Below are positions 12,011-25,719 of a DNA stretch of 64,000 nt, piece after piece. Origin of the DNA: Lama glama (Eukaryota); assembly GCA_028534125.1 (NCBI GenBank), contig CM052817.1:80354001-80418000 (forward strand). Reading direction: 5' to 3'. A program made the position numbers and the translations under genes. The notes beneath the pieces are model-generated. The model was not told the origin of the DNA. It was given only the letters and a program-made list of their open reading frames with translations, and did no database searches. Every line of letters starts with the position of its first letter. Position 1 is the first letter of the stretch.

Positions 12011-14342
12011 TCCAGAGAAAATATTTTTAAGCTTCTCTATATAAGCTGACATGGAAAAGTCATTCTTTCCAGGTTGTCACTATTTGTCTGACTTTGCTTT
12101 TCAATTGAGAATAAATAATAAGAAAGACTAGTAGGCGAAGATTACATTAGTAGTTATACTTAGAAATGATAAAAGCAAAACATTGTCTCGAAAAATTATC
12201 TTGTTCTTTCCACCTCTTCATTCCAATCCAGAGCTGTTTCTCTATAAAAAACTTTATTTCAGAATTCAATGTTAATCTTTTCTATCACTTTTGAATCTAA
12301 AGAAGAGTAATTTCCAAAAGATTTTAGTAGCAGAACCTTTTCCCCTCCCTCAAATAAAACCTTCTGTAGGAAGACCATTATATGAAAGAGATAAGAATGA
12401 ATCTGCTTTGTTTGGGGCCTGTCCCACCTACATACCTTTCCCTCCTGCTCCTGCTGTGACCTCTGAGGCACCTTGGAGACTGCAGAACAGTTTAAAAACT
12501 ATTTTGCTGACTAAAAAACTACTGAATACATGGCTTATTTCATTCTTATTTCTCAGAATTATAACCTGAGTACTTATTATTTTCATGAACTCAAGAAGCA
12601 GAACATTGTTACAAGGTTGTGTACCTGTGTGTGTATGAAATGCACACTAAAATTCCATCTTGACAGATTTGTACCTGATTGTAACAGTCTCATTTTTAAT
12701 GGAACATCTTTGCTTCAGTTTAAAATAAAAATTGGAGCTTCCAATTTTTGCATTCCTGACATTTTCAAGTTTGAAATGACTAACTCATATTCCTTTTCCT
12801 TTGTAAGCATGAGCTGAGGCAAACATTGAGCCTCCAGATACTACTGCATTTGGGAGGGGAGGGGCCTGCATTTCAGGTGCTCCTAATACTGTCCTTTCTT
12901 TTTCCCATGTCACCTCCGTGAAAGAAACTGTTGACAGATTTATAGTTTTAAATAAGTTTTCCAGATACAATCTTCTCTGGTAAATAAAACTAAAAGGTGA
13001 GGATAAAGAATAAAAACAGAAAGCTTAATGCTATGAGAACTTGAGTTTTTGTATAGTGTAGTCATTATGGGATGTCTTCCACATTGGAATTGAACCTGCC
13101 TGCTTACCATGAAAATGTAAAATACAAAATAGTAGAGCCTGGCAATAACTTTTCAATCTAAAAAATGATTTATCATTGATGAGTGTTTTAAAATGCCAAC
13201 TTTATTGTCTTTATTACCTGTATATCTTCTAGGGGAAAGGTAGTCCCTAACCAAACATTTTGAGAACTGATTAATGTTTAGTATTTATTTGTAAGGCTTA
13301 GAAGTATAATGAAGAAATAGCTATAAATCTTGCATGCTTTGTGCGTCAAAGAATTTAGGTTCATGTTGTGTTCCCACTCACCTATTCCTTTTAGGTTCTT
13401 CAACTAAATAATGCAGAAATACAGCTTATGAAATTGAAAGAGGAAAATAATACATTTAAAACTCCAACCTTTTATATCCCCACCTGTAATTTTGAGAATT
13501 AAAACCTTGAGCAAGTACATATCTTGGCAGGCAAATTATTTTAATCTGAAGCATGATCAAAGTACAATTAGAAGAACACTGAATCACAGCGAGAGATACT
13601 ATTATCTTCTTATGCTCAACCTAAAAAGCAGGTGCACAGATTACCATTTCAACTCAGAGAATGTTTTTATTTTGAAAACCATGAAAAGTAAGTTACACAT
13701 GAAAGTCAACAGAACAGTCCATCACTTTTATCCCTTAGTCATTCTCTAAGGATCATTTTTGTGATACCTGTAAAGAAGCAGTACCATGAAGTAATGTGCA
13801 CAGGGGTAATAAAATGTACCCAGATTTAGCATGATTGATGAGATCCTTGTAGTCTGTTGAGGTGCAGTACTGGAGAGTGACTAGCACTCCAGAAAAGCCC
13901 CTCACTTAGGAGCTACCTTCGAGACTAAAGCATTACTTAGACATACCTGTAAGGAAAATTGTGTCTTCCTAACTTGGCAGAAAATAATAGTTGGAATGGC
14001 TCTGAGGATGTTCTTCAGTTCATTGTCTTCTGGTTTTCTACTTGTAGAAACAATTAAAATTATCCATCTATTGGTATTTTTCTTCTGTTTTAATTGAATG
14101 AGGATCCTTTTGTTATCAAGAGTTGACAGCACTCGTGAATTCCTGCCAGCAGGAACACAGCAGTGCACCACTCTGGAAGGAGGGGTCCATGTGAATATCA
14201 CACCTTGACTTAGGGCTCAGTCACCGTGGCCTTATTTGGTGGCTTTGCCTGCCAGTCTCATTTTATATAGCTTTTCATGCAAGGTTCATGAAAAGTTTCA
14301 CGGGTTGAAGAATATCCTGATCCCTGTGGGTTAAGCTGGCCT

Positions 14343-14463
14343 CTTTTTTTTTATATTTACATAATTTTTTTAAACTTTTTTTTTAATGGAGGTACTAGGG
14401 ATTAAACTCAAGACCTCATATGTGCTAAGCATGTGCCCTGCCACTAAGCTATACCCACACCCC
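14343..14463 (-). mobile_element. tRNA-Ala-derived SINE (camelid vic-1-like) with TSD
   Basis: Reverse complement of the same tRNA-like head with a T-rich tail on the left. Flanking direct repeat GGTTAAGCTG at 14329-14338 and 14466-14475. Confidence 0.8.
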
Positions 14464-15167
14464 GTGGTTAAGCTGTCTTCTTATTTTCCTTTGTTTCTAG
14501 CTGGCTTATCCACTCGTGAGAACAAAGTTCCCTGGGTACTTGAGACTCATTTCATTTGATGGAACTATGATGCCTATACATTTGAATAAATTTAACCTTT
14601 CATTTGCCATTTGTAACTTATACTGAAGTCTTTCTGGTCCTACAATTAAAATTCTGCCATGAGTGTGCTTCTTCATATGACAGTGGTTTTTTTCATCGCC
14701 CAAAATGATATTGATAATTTTGGTTTGCTTATTGGAACATCAGTCTGATTTACCTATACTAATTTTGAAAGGTTAAAATAATCAGTATTTCATATGCTAA
14801 GAATCACGATGACATTAACAGTAATGCATTATAGTACATAGTGAAATCCTTTGAGATATTGGCAAGAATGATCTTTCCTATCAACTTACAAATGCTTCCA
14901 CCAGTTAGCAAAGACACTGCAAAATTTCATCACTTAATCTTGATACTCAGATAATACCAGTAGTCAGGGTGACATTGTTGAGCTTCTGTCTGTTAGAAAA
15001 TGTTTTGCTTTTTGCTTTCAAAGATAACTGATGACAGATAACTCATTCTTTATCTGTATAGCTATAATGAAAATACCACTGTGAGTTTAGCAGACACACA
15101 CAAAGTCCATCTTTAGGGTTTTGCCGTGTATTTGCAAAACTTGGTTATACACAACTATGTCTCAAAC

Positions 15168-15267
15168 NNNNNNNNNNNNNNNNNNNNNNNNNNNNNNNNN
15201 NNNNNNNNNNNNNNNNNNNNNNNNNNNNNNNNNNNNNNNNNNNNNNNNNNNNNNNNNNNNNNNNNNN
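15168..15267. other. Assembly gap (100 N)
   Basis: Run of exactly 100 N, the usual placeholder for a gap of unknown length. Confidence 0.98.
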
Positions 15268-15316
15268 CAACCACAAGTTTGTATTCTATGTCTATGAGTC
15301 TGTTTCTGTTTTGTAT

Positions 15317-15363
<47 letters not shown>

Positions 15364-15949
15364 GATTCCACATATGAGCGATCTCATATAGTATTTTTCT
15401 TTCTCTTTTTGGCTTACTTCACTTAGAAGGACATTCTCCAGGAACATCCATGTTGCTGCAAATGGCGTTATGTTGTCAGTTTTTATGGCTGAATACTATT
15501 CCATTGTATAAATATACCACCACAACTTCTTTATCCAGTCATCGTTTGATGGACATTTAGGCTGTTTCCATGTCTTGGCTATTGTAAATAGTGCTGCTAT
15601 GAACATTGGGGTGCAGGTGTCTTTTTGAAGTAGGGTTCCTTCTGGATATATACCCAGGAGTGGGATTCCTGGGTCATATGGTAAGTCTATTCCTAGTCTT
15701 TTGAGGAATCTCCATACTGTTTTCCACAGTGGCTGCACCAAACTGCATTCCCACCAGCAGTGTAGGAGGGTTCCCTTTTCTCCACAGCCTCTCCAGCATT
15801 TGTCATTTGTGGACTTTTGAATGATGGCCATTGTGACTGGTGTGAGGTGATACCTCATTGTAGTTTTGATTTGCATTTCTCTGATAATTAGTGATATTGA
15901 GCATTTTTTTCATGTGCCTATTGACCATTTGTATTCCTTCCTTGGAGAA
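15268..15949 (-). mobile_element. Relatively young 5'-truncated LINE-1 (ORF2 C-terminus and start of 3' UTR)
   Basis: ORF 15496-15876(-) [47 protein letters not shown] is the L1 ORF2p cysteine-rich C-terminal region, and the frame is still open. Confidence 0.95.
15313..15363. repeat. (TTTA)n tetranucleotide microsatellite within the L1
   Basis: About 12 uninterrupted TATT units. Confidence 0.95.
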
Positions 15950-16324
15950 TTATGCTGGTTACTTTTTAACAGTGTTATTCCCCCTCAGTTTCCAATACCA
16001 GCTGCTAAATGGCTATAAAAATTGGTTTGGGGTTGCTTTGCTTACAGTCGTCTCACATCACACCCCCACTTACCAGTTTCAGTTGTTCTCTGGAAGATGG
16101 CCCAGAAGAGCTGGAACAAATTACAACCAAAAGGGGAACATAGAACCTGTAGAAGCTTATAAGGACATGTGAGATAGAAGCCTCCTAGACCAGTGTGACT
16201 TCCACTTGAATAGGTTATAAATGATTTTTGTTGGAAAATAGCCACCAGATTCTCTATTGGCCGTCATTATACACTCAGTAATCAGTTCATATATTAACAA
16301 TATTGGTAATATCTGTGACAGTTT

Positions 16325-16515
16325 TGTTGAGCACTTACTATGTGCTAGACAGAATAATAAGTACTTTATATGAGTTATCCAATTTAATACAATAACCTTA
16401 TGAGGAACAAACTTAGTACACTCATTTTACATGGGAGGAAACTGTAGCTTAAAGTAACTTTTTCAAGCCTCAGAGATAACAGCTGATGGATCCAAGATTT
16501 AAACCCAGGTATGCC
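16325..16515 (-). mobile_element. MIR
   Basis: TTGAGCACTTACTATGTGCTAGACA..AACCTTATGAGG..CATTTTACATGGGAGGAAACTG..GATTTAAACCCAGGT. Confidence 0.8.
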
Positions 16516-16639
16516 TATAAAGCCTATGCCCTTAAATCCTAATTTCCTTGGATATCCATTATTTCTTTAGAATGGCTTTGAATGTTTTCAGTATATGTTG
16601 GGGAGCAGAGAGGATGTTGGGAGAAGACAGAGGTACTGA

Positions 16640-17590
16640 CACTGTAAGATTTCCTTCAAAACCTCAAGGAAAATATCTTTAACCTAGCATTATATGCCAG
16701 ACCAGACTTTCAAAACACGGTGATTGAATAAAGGCATTTTCTAATATCCTAGAAGGGATTCAATGTGTACTCTTTTTTGCAAAGTTACTTAAGGTTGTAT
16801 ACCTGCCGAACAAAGGAGTAATTCAAGAAATAGGAAGACATAGGAAGAGTGCTAATGGAAAATCTTAGGATGAGAACTGTGCTGCAGGTCTAGAGAACAG
16901 TTAATCCACAAGGAACAGGAGAATGTAGGGTTCCAGGAAACAAGGATCAGGATAAAGGGAGAGTGGGCTCCATAAACTAGGTATTATGATAGAGATGCCA
17001 GAAGAACCCAAATTCTGAGGAAGGAAAAAAATATTAAAGGTATGTGTTGAGTTAGGAAGAATCATTAGGTAATATACTTAAACATACTTTATTGATTTTC
17101 AACTTTAGAATCAGTCTATAGACAAAGTTCAATTATGGTTACAGAACAGAAGGTAAAATTTATCAAACCAACAATAACAAAATTGAGAAAATGAAGGGAA
17201 CAGAGGAGTACATTGAAGAAAATGACATTAATATCCTAATCTTGCAAAGTATGGAATCAAGATGTATACTGTCTGTAGTTAATGGAACAAGAAGTAGAGG
17301 TTAAAGTATATTGTTTAATGTCACAAAGTAAAAAAGGAAAGTGGAGGTATAAATAAGCTAAATATACATGTATCATAATAAAACATCAGTAGGTGATGTC
17401 TGAAGTTGATAAATCAAGATTTAAAGATAACCAATGACCGGAAGAATTTTTTTTTAAGTGTTAGAAATTGTTAGTCTAGGGAGTAGAATGGGGGAGAGCA
17501 AGGGGCTATTGCTTTTTTTTGTAACCAATTCTTTATTTATTTTCACCATATGCTTGTATTACTTTAATTTAGAAAAATAAATTTTGATTT
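16640..17590 (+). mobile_element. HAL1-like element, 3' part
   Basis: AACAAAGGAGTAATTCAAGAAATAGGAAGACA..AACTGTGCTGCAGGTCTAGAGAACA resembles HAL1; A-rich body ending near AAAAATAAA. Confidence 0.55.
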
Positions 17591-17879
17591 GAAGAACAGA
17601 AGGAAAAAATGCAACCATATTATAGACCTGCTTCACATTATCTTCATATATTTCTAAGATGAGTTGAAGTACCTTGACCAAAACATAGCAAACCAGTCAA
17701 AACCTCAAGTTGGCAGAACCTCTTAGTTTATCATGGATAACCCATGGAAAAATTCAGCTTGCCTCCTAAATTTCCCAGGATGAAGTCTAACCCTCTCTGA
17801 AGGGACAGAAGTTTCAGCATAAATGGTGAAGGAAACTATGAGAGCCCTTTAGGAAGTCCAGAAAGGGAAATAAATGCAG

Positions 17880-18430
17880 TGAAACTTTGAAGGAAGTAAC
17901 ACATCCAATGGGGGAAGATCAGAAAGTCTTTACATAAGAGTTAACATTTTGATGAGCCTTTAAAAGATAAGTAGTTTTGTAAGGAGACTGTGAAAGAGAA
18001 TGCATTTTAGGCAGACGGAGAGTTAGAGAAGGATGCATCTCAAGCCTGGATATACACTGAGAAATGGGCTGTGTCGAGTAGTGTTGTGGAGGTAAGGGTC
18101 TAAAGGTGGATGAGGATTATATTGTAGGGAACTTAGAATACATTCATGGCTGGAAGCTTTTCATTTACTAGGTAAGCAGCAATGAACTTTTGAAGAGTTT
18201 TGAAGTGGTATCAGAGCTATGATTTAGGAAATTTAATCTGGGGACAAGATAACTAGTCAGAAAACTATTACACAGTGAGAGTAGTAGAAAGTAGAAAGAA
18301 GACATAGCAAATGAAAAACGAAAGCAATGAAAATAAATAACAATTACAGTAGTTAGTAATTGATGAATAAAAAGGACTTAAAGTCAAGCATCGAAACTGA
18401 CTGATGTTTTCAACCTGATGACTAGGCAAA
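17880..18430 (-). mobile_element. L2 fragment (highly diverged)
   Basis: Purine-rich, with GATCAGAAAGTCTT..ACATTTTGATGAGCCTTTAAAAGATAAGTAG..GAATGCATTTTAGGCAGA motifs. Confidence 0.55.
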
Positions 18431-21400
18431 TGGCTCTATCTGTATCGGCAAATATAATATAGTACTTAAGTTTCTAGTTGTACGAGAAAACAGCTAGAAC
18501 TAACTTGGCAAAAACAAATAAAGAATGTTTTAAAAACAGACTGTGATCTCACAGTATTTAAGGAATAAGACTTCGTAAGGTCAGGAGCAAGGAGGACGCC
18601 ACAATTCTCAACAACAGGAGTTGTAACTACTCTGCAGCCGTGAAATGTCCATCAGCTACCAGTAACTCTTCTTTGTGTGTATCAGTCCCAAAGTTCCTGG
18701 AGAAAGAATCTGATTGGCCCTTTCTGAGTCATGTGTCTGCCCCTGAACTAATTAGTGGGGGGCAACGGGGCAGCAGCACACAAAAGTCATAACTGAATAG
18801 ATATGCCTGCTAGAGAACTAATTTCCCACAGAATTGGAAAATATTACGAGCTAGGCCATACATCATTGACTAAATGTGTCTAGTCTATTGAGTGAATGTG
18901 TAGCTTAGGCACACTTACCTTCCCATACTTCCGTCATTATGTGAAACATAATACCTTGTTATTCCATAAACAACTATAACTTACGTGCCTGACGTAGCTG
19001 CAGGATTGACAGATCCGGACAGAGGGTGTTGTCCTGTCTGTGCTCCCACACCAGCTCATCATGAACTCAGCTTTGTCGTCTCTGCCTGTTATACCTAGTA
19101 CTACCCCCATCCATCCTGAGAGTGGGTCTGAGAGTGTGCCGCAAACAATACCTGGCTTAGTTTCACTACTGCAAGGGGTATGTTTTAATTAAATACCTCT
19201 AGTTGCGGTGGGAAGGGTAGAGTTAAGATAAACATGACTAGTAGCCCAGATAATAACCCATGTGTAGGAATATTAGGGCCTAAACTTACATTGGTTAAGG
19301 ATGGTAAAAATGAGGGTAGCTTCATAAAACATTTAGAAACAAGACTTAAGGATTAATTAGTTAGGAAGATAATAAAAGAATCAAAGATAACTCTCAGATA
19401 AGCTACCTTGGGTGCCATCAAGTGAGACGAAAAAAATATAGGTCAGTTTGAGGATAGAAGTAATAAGTATTACTGAATCCATATATAATGAACTCTCAAA
19501 CGCTTGTGTTTTACCCTTTATTATGCGTAGTACAATTGCATAATAAAATCAGATCCCTCTTTTTGAAATAAAATATACAGAAACCCCAACTTTGGAAAAG
19601 TAAACATTCTGAGTTTGAGGCATCTATGGAACATCTCAGTAGAGTTGGCATCCAGACCTGTTTTCATTTTGCTTGAATCTCTCCCTGATCCATTGAAAAT
19701 ATGATCCATTGTGTAAAATTCTAATTAACATAGATCTAATGCATAAAGAGCAGGAGAAGCTCTGTATGTTTGGATGGTCATGTACTTAACTGTAAATTAA
19801 TACTGTTTTCTAGATAGGAAAGTAAGATTGAAGATACTGAGTTGACGAGTAACTTGTTAGTCTCCTGGCTTTCCATAATTACTGTTTAGGTCAGGACCTC
19901 TCCCTGATGGTGGTCACGTCTGTGCAACATGTTTGCCCATTAGGCTTCTACTGGAGCTTTTTCTTACTTTCTGACCTGCGTGATAATCTAATCTCATAGT
20001 CACTATCACAAAGAAGTATGTCACTTGTCTATATAGTATGTCAGTTATAACTAAATGTGATCTTAAAATGTTTTCTGAATTATTTTAATACTTCTACACG
20101 GATTTGAGAACCATTTACATTTTCCAGAAATAATGCCTCTGCAATACAGTGTTAAAGCTTCCAAATCTTAGACTGGATTGTTTGAGCAAAGAAGGCTCTC
20201 AGTGCCTGGCCCACAGCTTGTTCTTAATAAATGTTTAATGAGTAGAAGACTGAATGCATGCAATGCTATTTTTGTGAACGTTTACCACACTGAAAACTCC
20301 CAGTTTCTCTGGAAAGAAGTGGTGTGTGTTCTTTTTGGAATATCTGAAATGATTGTATCTTAACTATGGTAACAAATACTTTTGTGAGTCCCAGGCACTC
20401 ACCAAGGCAATCACTGGACATAAACAGACTTCACTCACTTCACCTCGCATATGAGTTTTAATATTTGGTGGTAACATGTTGCATTTGGTGCGGGTTTGGG
20501 CAAGGTTCAAATTAATTATATAAAAGAGTACATTTAAAAAAAAAACCCTATCATATCCTGTTATCCAGTTTTCTAGTTCATATGCTTTAGGAACTGATTT
20601 AATCTGGAAATGATAATTGGACTCCTCACTGGAATAGTCCCTGTATCTTGAGAGGCTGTCTTGTAATGAAAGGAAGTCATTCCCATCTGAAAGAACTTGA
20701 GGCAAGAATCTAGAATGAAGAACTGTAGTCCATCTCACCAGAGTGCTGGCAGCGCTGTGGTCTGAAACATTTTGGTCAAAGTCAGATTTACTGAGGGTCA
20801 TAATTTCCAGTAAGAGGAATCCCAGAGTAAGTTGCTAGATGGGTCAGAATAAAAAGGCAGCTCACAGACCGTGTGATTAAGTACATTTGCTTTGATTTCT
20901 TGTGCAGCTATATTGCATTCATATCCAAGTGTGCTGGAAATAGTTTGTATTTTAATTGAATTATATTCTCCTTAATTTTTTCTGCAGTGCTTTTTCTTTG
21001 GTTTCTTGGATGGTTGTTTTTTCTTTTTCTTTTCTTTTTTTTTTTTTTTTTTTTTTACCTTCTCCAGTTTCTACCATTCTCACCTCATGTGTGTTCCAGT
21101 TAAATGTAAATAACCACAAACAGCCACACTCTGCAAAGTGTCCCTTTTCTACCTTTGAGTTTACACATTCATTTTTCTGGTAAATGACTTTGGGTCCTAC
21201 ACAAGTGATGAGACCCCTGGAGGTAGTGCAGATGAGTTTGCAAGCAGTGTTTGCATAAAGCTCTGGTAGCCTCTTCTGTCTGTTTGGTTTATTCTTTTAA
21301 GCTGTCTTCCCTACAGCTGTTTTGTTCTTTATTGTAGTCTCTCTTTGGGGCCAGGAAAATGACCTGGAGGGATAAGAAAGTCCTGTGGCAATCCACTTAT

Positions 21401-21799
21401 ATTCTTAGCTCACTGACTTAATTGGCTTATCATTTAATTTTTGTTTATGAAACTATAAAAATATAAAGCATATGAGAAATGCATAGGTACAATACTGATG
21501 CTTTTTTATGAGTATATATATTACAGAAATTAGTTGTTTCAACATTAGGGTAAGTTATATGCTACAGTTTTAAGGGGAAATTTTATATCTCAACTTATAT
21601 GTTTCTTATATAAATGGTACTTTGCATCTTGTGGACACTGAAATGGACCTCAGGATTTAGGACCGTGATTTAAAAAAAAAACTGAAATTTATTAATTATT
21701 CCCTTAGTGTGAGTTCACATTATCTCTGGTCAAAAAGACAGTTTCTTTTAAAGCTTCACTGGAAGAAATGTACATAAAAATATATACAAATTAGTAGTA

Positions 21800-21965
21800 T
21801 GGCAGAGAGATGAAGAACTCAGTCTCCGGAATTAGGCACCCCTGGGTTAGAATCCGATGTCTGACATTTACTCGCTCTGTGACCCACCCTGGGTAGTTTT
21901 CTCGTACATGTAGTAGTTGTAGTAATAGTACTTACTTTCAAGGGTGACTATGAAGATTAAATTAT
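21800..21965 (+). mobile_element. MIR
   Basis: CCTGGGTTAGAATCC..ATTTACTCGCTCTGTGACC..TAATAGTACTTACTTTCAAGGGTGACTATGAAGATTAAA. Confidence 0.7.
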
Positions 21966-22387
21966 TACCTAATTATTTTGTCTGTAATACTAGCAAGCAA
22001 ATGGCTGGCCAGATTTTTAAAGGATGTATGAGTTGTATTTTTTATATTACTGGATGCAGCAAATAAAACCCAAATGTGGCTTCTAGGCTGTTAAAACTGG
22101 ATACAACATCTAAGCCAAAGTCTAATGAATATTTAGACCTACGCGCTGCCAATGAGGAGAGCAGTACCTTTAAGTGTTGTTAGATGTTAGAGGCCAGGCT
22201 CAGACAAATAAACGCACAGGAATTAAACAACACCATGGGTCAGTCACTTAACCTCTGGGCTTCAGTTTTTTTCATACCTGTTTGGAGGATTGTATAGGTT
22301 GCTAATTAAGATCCTGCCTGCTTTTGGCATACTTTGACTTTAAAGCAGAAGAAAGAAATTTAAAATAAAAGAGTGACTATAAAAAGC

Positions 22388-22960
22388 ATGGAAGCAACCA
22401 AGATGTCCTTCAGTAGGTGAGTGGAAAAATAAACTGTGAAACATCTAGGCAATGGAATATTATTTAGCACTAAAAAGAAATGAACTATCAAGCCAGAAAA
22501 AGACATGAAGGAACCTTAAATACACAGCACTAAGAAGCCAGTCTGAAAGCGCTATATACTACATAATTCCAACTACATGACATTCTGGAGGAGGCAAAAC
22601 TAGGGGGACGGTAAAAAGATCAGTGGTTGCCAGGGGTTAGGAGGGAAGGAGGTGTGAATAGGTAGGGCACAGAGGATTTTAGAGTATGAAACTATTCTGT
22701 GTGTTGCTGTATTGGTGGATACACATCATCAGCATATCTGCCCAATTCTGTAGAGTGTACAGCACCGAGAGCAAACCCTGATACGACCTCTGGACTTTGG
22801 GCGATAACAGTGTCAGTGCAGGTTCATCGATTACAACCAGCGTACCACTCTGGTGGGACGTGCTGATGGTGGGGGAGGCCGTGTGCATACAGGGGCAGGA
22901 GGTGTCTGTACTTTCTGCTCAGTTTTACCATGAACCTAAAACTGCTCTAAATAATAAAGA
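22388..22960 (+). mobile_element. L1MC-type 3' end
   Basis: GGAAGCAACCAAGATGTCCTTCAGTAGGTGA..AATGGAATATTATT..AAAAGATCAGTGGTTGCCAGGGG..GAACCTAAAACTGCTCTAAA. Confidence 0.85.
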
Positions 22961-24315
22961 GTACTACTACTACTACTACTGATAATACAGGGTGGGAGGA
23001 GAGGAAGAAGGAGAGAGGAAATGTGAAGGCTGCTCACTGCCTGTTTTACACACTCGGCCTTTTCTCTGTCCACGACCCTCCCTCTCCTCCATCCTCAATC
23101 GTTTCCATGTGGATGGTTAAGGCAGCATATTTCCCACAATGAATTCCTAGAAACAGTGCCATAAAGCAGACCGCCACAAAACAGATCATTGTTGAAAGAA
23201 TTCTATTTCCTTATACAAACAATATTATAACAGAGAATTGCATTCCTTACCAGCATTTGCCATCAAATAAAAAGTATGTCCCAAATTCTCTATGAGAAAC
23301 ATGAGTATACACTACACATTGATTGGGACCCTGTATGCCATGAGCGATTGGTCTATAAAAATACACCTCTGGAAATAATCCTGTTTTACAGCCATTTTTG
23401 GATAGTATATTCCTTTTTAAACCTTCCTTGAATCTTTGTTACCCTTAGGATACAACCTGTCTCGACTAGCTGGGTCCTGCAGCTACTCCTGTGGCCAGAG
23501 GTCCAGGGCACCGGGACCAGCTTATGAAGGGTTGGCGTGACTGAGGGGCAGTTCCCTCGTTTGTTCAGATTACTAAGGAAAAGAACAGGGAATATCCCCA
23601 AAAAAGGAAGGAGAGAGGGAAAGAGAGAAGAATGCTGTTTTCTATATCAAGGTATTGAGACATCTACCAGGATGTTTTACAAGATTTTCCCTTTTAACAC
23701 AGAAAGGGAACATCACTGTTTGTTCTCCAATGGAACATTTAATGTATAAAAATTATTTTGCTTCACAAAGACTATGAACATAGATGCTCTGCACTTTTAT
23801 ATTTCCTTTGTTTCTGGAAGTCTATGTCAGATGCTCCATAAAGTTTTTATCACCATGTGATCTGTATAGCATATGTTCCATCAGCAAATCCTTCTAGTCA
23901 CCAGCTCTCTGGCTTCCATAGAGGTGATGATGGAAATTTATGTATAATTCCAGACTAGCTTTATGCTGCAAAGGATGTTTGTAAAATATTAAACTCTGAT
24001 AAAGGGGATAATATTTTATATCATTCTTGATCCCTAAATGATGGTGAATGTTAATGGTTTTAGAGCATTTGGCTTCAAAATTTCTTATTATATAAACTTT
24101 GATTTCATAGCTGTATCAGTATCCTGCCAGAAAAAAAGTAGAGATGCTTGTTTTTTTCATAGGGTTAGAGAGAATCTACTGTATCTTCCAAATAAATGCT
24201 TTCGACCATTACCACCATCTTTTTGTTCAGCTGCTGACAAAAAGAATGGCAGTTTTATTACTCAGAATCCCCAATTTGAGTCAAGCCCAGTTTCTTAAGA
24301 ATGTGCTATCTAAAT

Positions 24316-24625
24316 CAGGGGGTCAGCAGACGATGGTCTGCAGGTCAGCTATGTCCCACAGTCTGTTTTTGTAAGCTAAGAATAGTTCTGTGTATTTTTA
24401 AGTGATTGAAGAATAATCAAAAGAAGGGGAAAAATACATGACGTTCTCATTTAAGTGTCTGTAAAGCTGCGTTGGCTCGCAGCCGCAGCTCATTCATTTA
24501 CACGCTGCCCGTGGCTGCTTCCACACGACAAGGGTATTTGAGTAGCTACCGGAGGGACTGTGTTCCCCACAAAGCCTAAAATATTTGCTCTACAGCCCTT
24601 GACAGGATAAATTTGCTGGCCCTCG
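24316..24625. mobile_element. MER58-like hAT-Charlie MITE, full length with 8-bp TSD
   Basis: Termini CAGGGGGTCAGCAGA..TTTGCTGGCCCTCG form imperfect inverted repeats; internal CCCACAAAGCCTAAAATATTT; flanked by ATCTAAAT at 24308-24315 and 24626-24633. Confidence 0.85.
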
Positions 24626-25719
24626 ATCTAAATAATTTTTCCACCATCTGCCACTCTACCTACACACTTAGATTCATATTCTCTCTCTGGCTCTCTTCCT
24701 CCCTCCCCCCACACCCCCTTCTCTTCCTCTTCACGTATATCATTTTAATTTTGGCAACAGCAATTACAAAGAAATCAAGCTGTGAGCCTACAGTAAATGG
24801 TAAGCGGAAACACGTTTTAATTTCCCTTTGGCTTGTCAGCTCTCTCCTCCCTGTCTACTTTCCCTTTCCTCTACTGCCTTGATATAGAATTTCTCAGGCC
24901 ATACCATTTTCCAAACATATTTTGATTTTAAGGTGGGGGTAGATCTTGATACATTTTTTAACTTCCATGGAAAGTTCCCTGTTAGTATGTGGTCCCATTT
25001 TTAACCTATTTGTAGACACCCCCGATTATCTAAAATCACTTTCACATGGGGCTGAGGTTAAGCTTTATTTCTCTTGGCGTGTCCCTGCCATAGCAGACAC
25101 TTCCTCTTTGCCTTGAAAGGACAAAACGATGTTCAGCTGTCTGGGCTTAGGCCCAGTATTTGATTTATACATTATTTAATTTCCTCCTGAAAATTGGAAG
25201 CAGGACTTTCAGGAATGGAAGTCAGTATTCTTCCTTTGTTTAAGAACACTTTTAGGTCTAATATAATCATCAGTAGTAGATGTCAGCATGATTAGGGGGT
25301 GACTTAAGGTAAAGCAAATAAAGCGTGAATACAAAGGAAACTTGTTTGACAATGGAGATCTGAAATTTTTGAATGATCATTACTATATTGTTGATAGGTT
25401 TTCTGTGTGCTAGCGTTCGTTCAACAAACTTGTTTTTGCTACATTTGGGGGCACCTGTCTTTACCCACTGGAGGAAAGACCTCTAACCATTATGTTAAAG
25501 TTGAAATTGTCAGGGAGCTGGAAGTTTGAGAACTTAAGATAGCCATTCCAGTAATTTTACAGAGGATTTTTGGTTTCTGTCTGAGCTGCTACTGCATTTA
25601 TCTCCACAATAAACTTCACACGCGTGCCAGGATATGAATGCCAAACTGGTCTGAAATTCTTACAGCAGTGAACTCAGGAAATTAAAAATTAACTCTGGAA
25701 ATACCATTTCTTGCTTTAC

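Noticed and set aside
15496..15876. 126-aa ORF with a Cys/His motif as a host gene
   Set aside because: It is the LINE-1 ORF2p C-terminus of a 5'-truncated insertion with no promoter or RT domain.
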